From an uncultured Pseudomonadota bacterium (GTDB taxonomy: Bacteria > Pseudomonadota > Alphaproteobacteria > JACZXZ01), in contig CAVVLJ010000016.1 in NCBI GenBank assembly GCA_963749075.1, positions 1,248,001-1,312,000 of the forward strand: a stretch of DNA of 64,000 nucleotides. Reading direction: 5' to 3'. Within the stretch, counting starts at the first letter, position 1. The number at the start of each line of letters is the position of its first letter. Below the pieces are notes generated by a model. The model did no database searches, was not told where the DNA came from, and saw only the letters and a program-made list of their open reading frames with translations. A program made the position numbers and the translations under genes. Positions 60,822 through 64,000 of the stretch are shown in pieces.

Positions 60822-62297
60822 ATGAGCAGCAACTCCCACTCGCCCGGAACGTGCTGGCGCCCGGCTACGTTGGCCGTGCTAGCACTCCTCCTCTCCGCCT
60901 GCACGCTAGGCCCGGACTTCGTGCCCCCGGCCGCCCCCGCCGCCACGCGCTACACGAGCAAGGCTCCGTCCCAGGCGGCGGCCGCAGCCGCAGCACAGCG
61001 CGTCGTGCCCGGCAACAAGGTGACATCCGAGTGGTGGAAGGAGTTCCATTCGGCCGCGCTCGACGATGCGGTCGCTGAGGCCATCAAGGACAACCGCACA
61101 CTGGCGGCCACCCGTGCCACGCTCGCGCAAGCCGAGGAGGCCGTCAACGCGGCGGCGGCGGCGCTCTACCCTCAAGTCGACTTGCCGGCGACCGCCGGCG
61201 CCCAGAAATTCGGCGCCGCCCAATTGGGAACCACGGCCGTGCCGCCGACCTTCGGCTTTCTCACCGTCGGGCCCATGGTGAGCTATGCCCTCGACATCTT
61301 CGGTGGCACGAAGCGGCGCATCGAGGGCCAGGCGGCACTCGCCCAGTACCAGGGCTATCAGCTCGCCGCGGCGCGCCTCACGCTCAGCGGGCGCGTCGTG
61401 CTGCAGGCGCTCGCCGTCGCCTCGGCGCGCGCGCAGACGAAAGCGGTCGAGGACATTCTTGCCGACGACGAAAAGAACCTGAGCCTGGTGCAGACCGCGC
61501 GCGCGGCAGGGGCGGTGTCCGACGTGGACGTGCTGAGTGCCGAAAGCCAGCTCGCCAACGACCGCACGCTCCTCCCGCCGCTCAATCAGCAGCTCAGCGC
61601 GGCGCGCCACGCGCTTGCCGTTCTCGTCGGCAAGGCGCCCTCCGAGTGGACGCCGCCGGACTTCGAGCTTGGCCGGCTCGCCCTTCCCGCCGAGCTTCCC
61701 TTGAGCCTGCCCTCCGAGCTCGTCCACGAGCGGCCGGACATCATGGCCGCCGAGGCGCAGCTCCACGCGGCAAGTGCCGGCATCGGCGTCGCCACGGCAA
61801 ACCTCTATCCGCAGATCACGCTGGACGCCGCCCTCGGCCAGCAGGCGCTCGACCCGGGCCACCTCTTCGGTCCGGCCAGCACGGCATGGAACATCGGCGG
61901 AGGCCTCGCCGCCCCGCTCTTTCACGGCGGAGCACTCGAGGCCGAGCGGCGCGCGGCAATCGCCGCCTACGAGGCCGCCCTCGCGGATTACGAGGAGACC
62001 GTGCTGCAGTCCTTCGCCCAGGTCGCCGATACGCTGCGCGCGCTCGAGCATGACGCCGAGGAGCTGGCGGCGCAGAAGCACGCGTTCGACTCCGCGGAGG
62101 CCTCCTTGCGGCTCACGCGCATCAGCTACAGCGCGGGCAACTCCGGCATCCTGCAAGTGCTCGATGCGGAGCGCCTCGACCAGCAGGCGCGCCTCGGCTA
62201 TGTGCGCGCCGACGTTCAGCGCTATGTCGACACCGCCGGTCTCTACCTGGCACTCGGCGGTGCCGCGCTCTCGGCGCCCGCCGCTGCGGCCAAGTGA
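60822..62297 (+). CDS. efflux outer-membrane lipoprotein (NodT/OprM family)
   Basis: Lipobox LLSAC, LGPDF, PSELVHERPDI, ATANLYP, LYLALGG. Confidence 0.92.
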   Translation: MSSNSHSPGTCWRPATLAVLALLLSACTLGPDFVPPAAPAATRYTSKAPSQAAAAAAAQRVVPGNKVTSEWWKEFHSAALDDAVAEAIKDNRTLAATRATLAQAEEAVNAAAAALYPQVDLPATAGAQKFGAAQLGTTAVPPTFGFLTVGPMVSYALDIFGGTKRRIEGQAALAQYQGYQLAAARLTLSGRVVLQALAVASARAQTKAVEDILADDEKNLSLVQTARAAGAVSDVDVLSAESQLANDRTLLPPLNQQLSAARHALAVLVGKAPSEWTPPDFELGRLALPAELPLSLPSELVHERPDIMAAEAQLHAASAGIGVATANLYPQITLDAALGQQALDPGHLFGPASTAWNIGGGLAAPLFHGGALEAERRAAIAAYEAALADYEETVLQSFAQVADTLRALEHDAEELAAQKHAFDSAEASLRLTRISYSAGNSGILQVLDAERLDQQARLGYVRADVQRYVDTAGLYLALGGAALSAPAAAAK

Positions 62298-62329
62298 CGC
62301 GCCGGCAGCCGAGCGGCGCCCGCCGCCGC

Positions 62330-62830
62330 CTATGGCTGCAGCATGATCATCTCGACGATGATGGAGCCCGCCACGATCATCCAGGAGAGCAGCGAGAGCT
62401 TGGAGAGCACCATGACCGCGCGGGCGCCGCGGTAGTTCGCGGCCGCCGCCCAGGCGGTGCGCCAGCCGAGCAGGAAGTCGATCATGCCGGCCTCGAGCGC
62501 CTTGACCCGCTCGGCATCGTCGCGGTTGCGCGCGAGCATGCGCTCGATGCGATTGGCGAGCGACAGCCGCACCAGCGCCGCCATCCAGATGGCCGCGGTC
62601 GAGACGAAGAGCGGGATGGTGCCCCGGAGCGTGATCGTCTGGTCGACGACGATGGTGACGCCGAGGATCCAGAAGGCAAGGCCCATGCCGATGAGGAACG
62701 TCGCGGTATCGCGGAAGAACTTCGCGGTGACCCGCACCCCGCTCGTGAGCACCGCAAGGTGCAGCTTGATCTCCTGGAGATCGGCCAGGAGCGCGCTCGG
62801 CCCCGGCTCGACGGGAGGCACATCAGCCAT
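62330..62830 (-). CDS. hypothetical membrane protein (3 TM)
   Basis: Three hydrophobic segments; fills the gap between the efflux genes on the opposite strand. Confidence 0.6.
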   Translation of the reverse strand: MADVPPVEPGPSALLADLQEIKLHLAVLTSGVRVTAKFFRDTATFLIGMGLAFWILGVTIVVDQTITLRGTIPLFVSTAAIWMAALVRLSLANRIERMLARNRDDAERVKALEAGMIDFLLGWRTAWAAAANYRGARAVMVLSKLSLLSWMIVAGSIIVEMIMLQP

Positions 62831-62964
62831 GATATGATTTTATCACAGCACCGTGATCGGCCCCGCATAGTCTTTATCGTATCATGCCGCACCGCAGCGC
62901 AGGGGAGCCCTATGACCGCCGTAATAGGTGGAGCCCAAAGACTTCAGGTCCTTAGCCGGCCGGT

Positions 62965-64000
62965 ATGAGGAAGCTGAGCAGCATCGGAACGGGCCGGGCG
63001 CTGGCGCTCGGCGCGGCGGCGCTCGTGGCGGCGCTGGCCGGCTGGTACCTTGTCGAGCGCTCCGTGCGCGCCCGCGCGGCGTTGCCCGCCCTGGCCGACC
63101 CGGCGATCCCCGTGGTGGCGGGCACCGCCGAGACGCGGGACATGCCCGTCTACGTCCGCGGCATCGGCACCGTTCAGGCCTTCAACACCGTGACCGTCCG
63201 CACCCAGGTCGACGGTCGCATCGTCCGCGTGCTCTTCAGCGAAGGCCAGGAGGTCAAGGTGGGCGACCCGCTCTTTCAGATCGACCCGCGGCCGTTCCAG
63301 GCCGCCCTCGATCAGGCCGAGGCCGCCAAGCAGCGCGACCAGGCGCAGCTCCAGGGGGCCCAGCTCGACCTCGAGCGCTACGCCAAGCTGCTCACGACCG
63401 GCTTCCAGACCCGCCAGAGCTACGACGACCAGAAGGCGCTGGTCGGTCAGCTGCAGGGGGCGATCAAGGTGGACCAGGCGCAGATCGACACCGCCAAGCT
63501 CAACTTGGTCTATGCCGACATCCGTGCGCCCATCGACGGCCGCACCGGCGCGCGGCTCGTCGACCTCGGCAATTACGTGCAGGCGAGCCAGGGCACGGCA
63601 CTCGTCACCATCGCGCAGTTGAGGCCGATCTTCGTGAGCTTCACCGTGCCCCAGGACTCGCTCGACCAGATCCGCCGGAACCAGGCCAAAGGCGCGCTCG
63701 CGGTGGCGGCCTACGGGAGCGACGACAGGAGCGAGCTTTCGCAGGGCAAGCTCACCCTCATCGACAACCAGATCGACGTGACGACCGGCACGATCCATCT
63801 CAAGGCGACGTTCGACAACAGCGACGAGCGCCTGTGGCCCGGCGAGTTCCTGAGCGCGCGCCTGATCCTCTCGGTGCGCAAGGGCGCCGTCGTCGTGCCG
63901 GCGGAGACGGTGATGCAGGGTGCCTCCGGATCCTACGTTTACGTGATCAAGGCGGACGACAGCGTGGAGCGCCGCGACGTCGAGGTGGCCGCCGTCCAGG
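62965..64000 (+). CDS. RND efflux periplasmic adaptor, MdtA-like (runs off window end)
   Basis: Hand translation: MRKLSS..TM..PVYVRGIGTVQAFNTVTVRTQVDGRI...QIDPRPFQA...IRAPIDGRTG...IDNQIDVTTGT...LWPGEF. Confidence 0.9.
   Translation, partial: MRKLSSIGTGRALALGAAALVAALAGWYLVERSVRARAALPALADPAIPVVAGTAETRDMPVYVRGIGTVQAFNTVTVRTQVDGRIVRVLFSEGQEVKVGDPLFQIDPRPFQAALDQAEAAKQRDQAQLQGAQLDLERYAKLLTTGFQTRQSYDDQKALVGQLQGAIKVDQAQIDTAKLNLVYADIRAPIDGRTGARLVDLGNYVQASQGTALVTIAQLRPIFVSFTVPQDSLDQIRRNQAKGALAVAAYGSDDRSELSQGKLTLIDNQIDVTTGTIHLKATFDNSDERLWPGEFLSARLILSVRKGAVVVPAETVMQGASGSYVYVIKADDSVERRDVEVAAVQ

Overview
High-GC bacterial chromosomal window, most likely an alphaproteobacterium of Rhodospirillales type (inferred from mfd-sdhE-recG synteny, REP-like repeats, bactofilin and Flp pilin). 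About 60 CDS. I could not support any rRNA, tRNA, CRISPR array, integrase or transposase. Housekeeping and metabolic genes dominate 1-26 kb. Accessory modules follow. (i) A DUF2946 (CxxC...RAPP)-led copper operon: outer-membrane protein, CopC, CopD-cytochrome c fusion (26.0-30.0 kb). (ii) A lower-GC patch with an orphan toxin-like domain (34.6-35.6 kb). (iii) A lower-GC island with an RHH-like regulator, a ~1040-aa amino-DNA methyltransferase and a translationally coupled PD-(D/E)xK nuclease, a candidate defence system (37.5-42.0 kb). (iv) A peptide ABC transporter with D-aminoacylase and M81 peptidase (42.3-50.9 kb). (v) A candidate new RiPP locus: a Lys-rich NHLP-like precursor plus a B12-dependent Cx7Cx2C radical SAM enzyme, flanked by a STAND-type cyclase/TPR protein, an S41 peptidase and efflux genes (52.8-64 kb). 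Four genes carry the same GAC>GAAC one-base insertion, which looks like a systematic sequencing artefact. All calls come from motif recognition by eye; no database searches were run.
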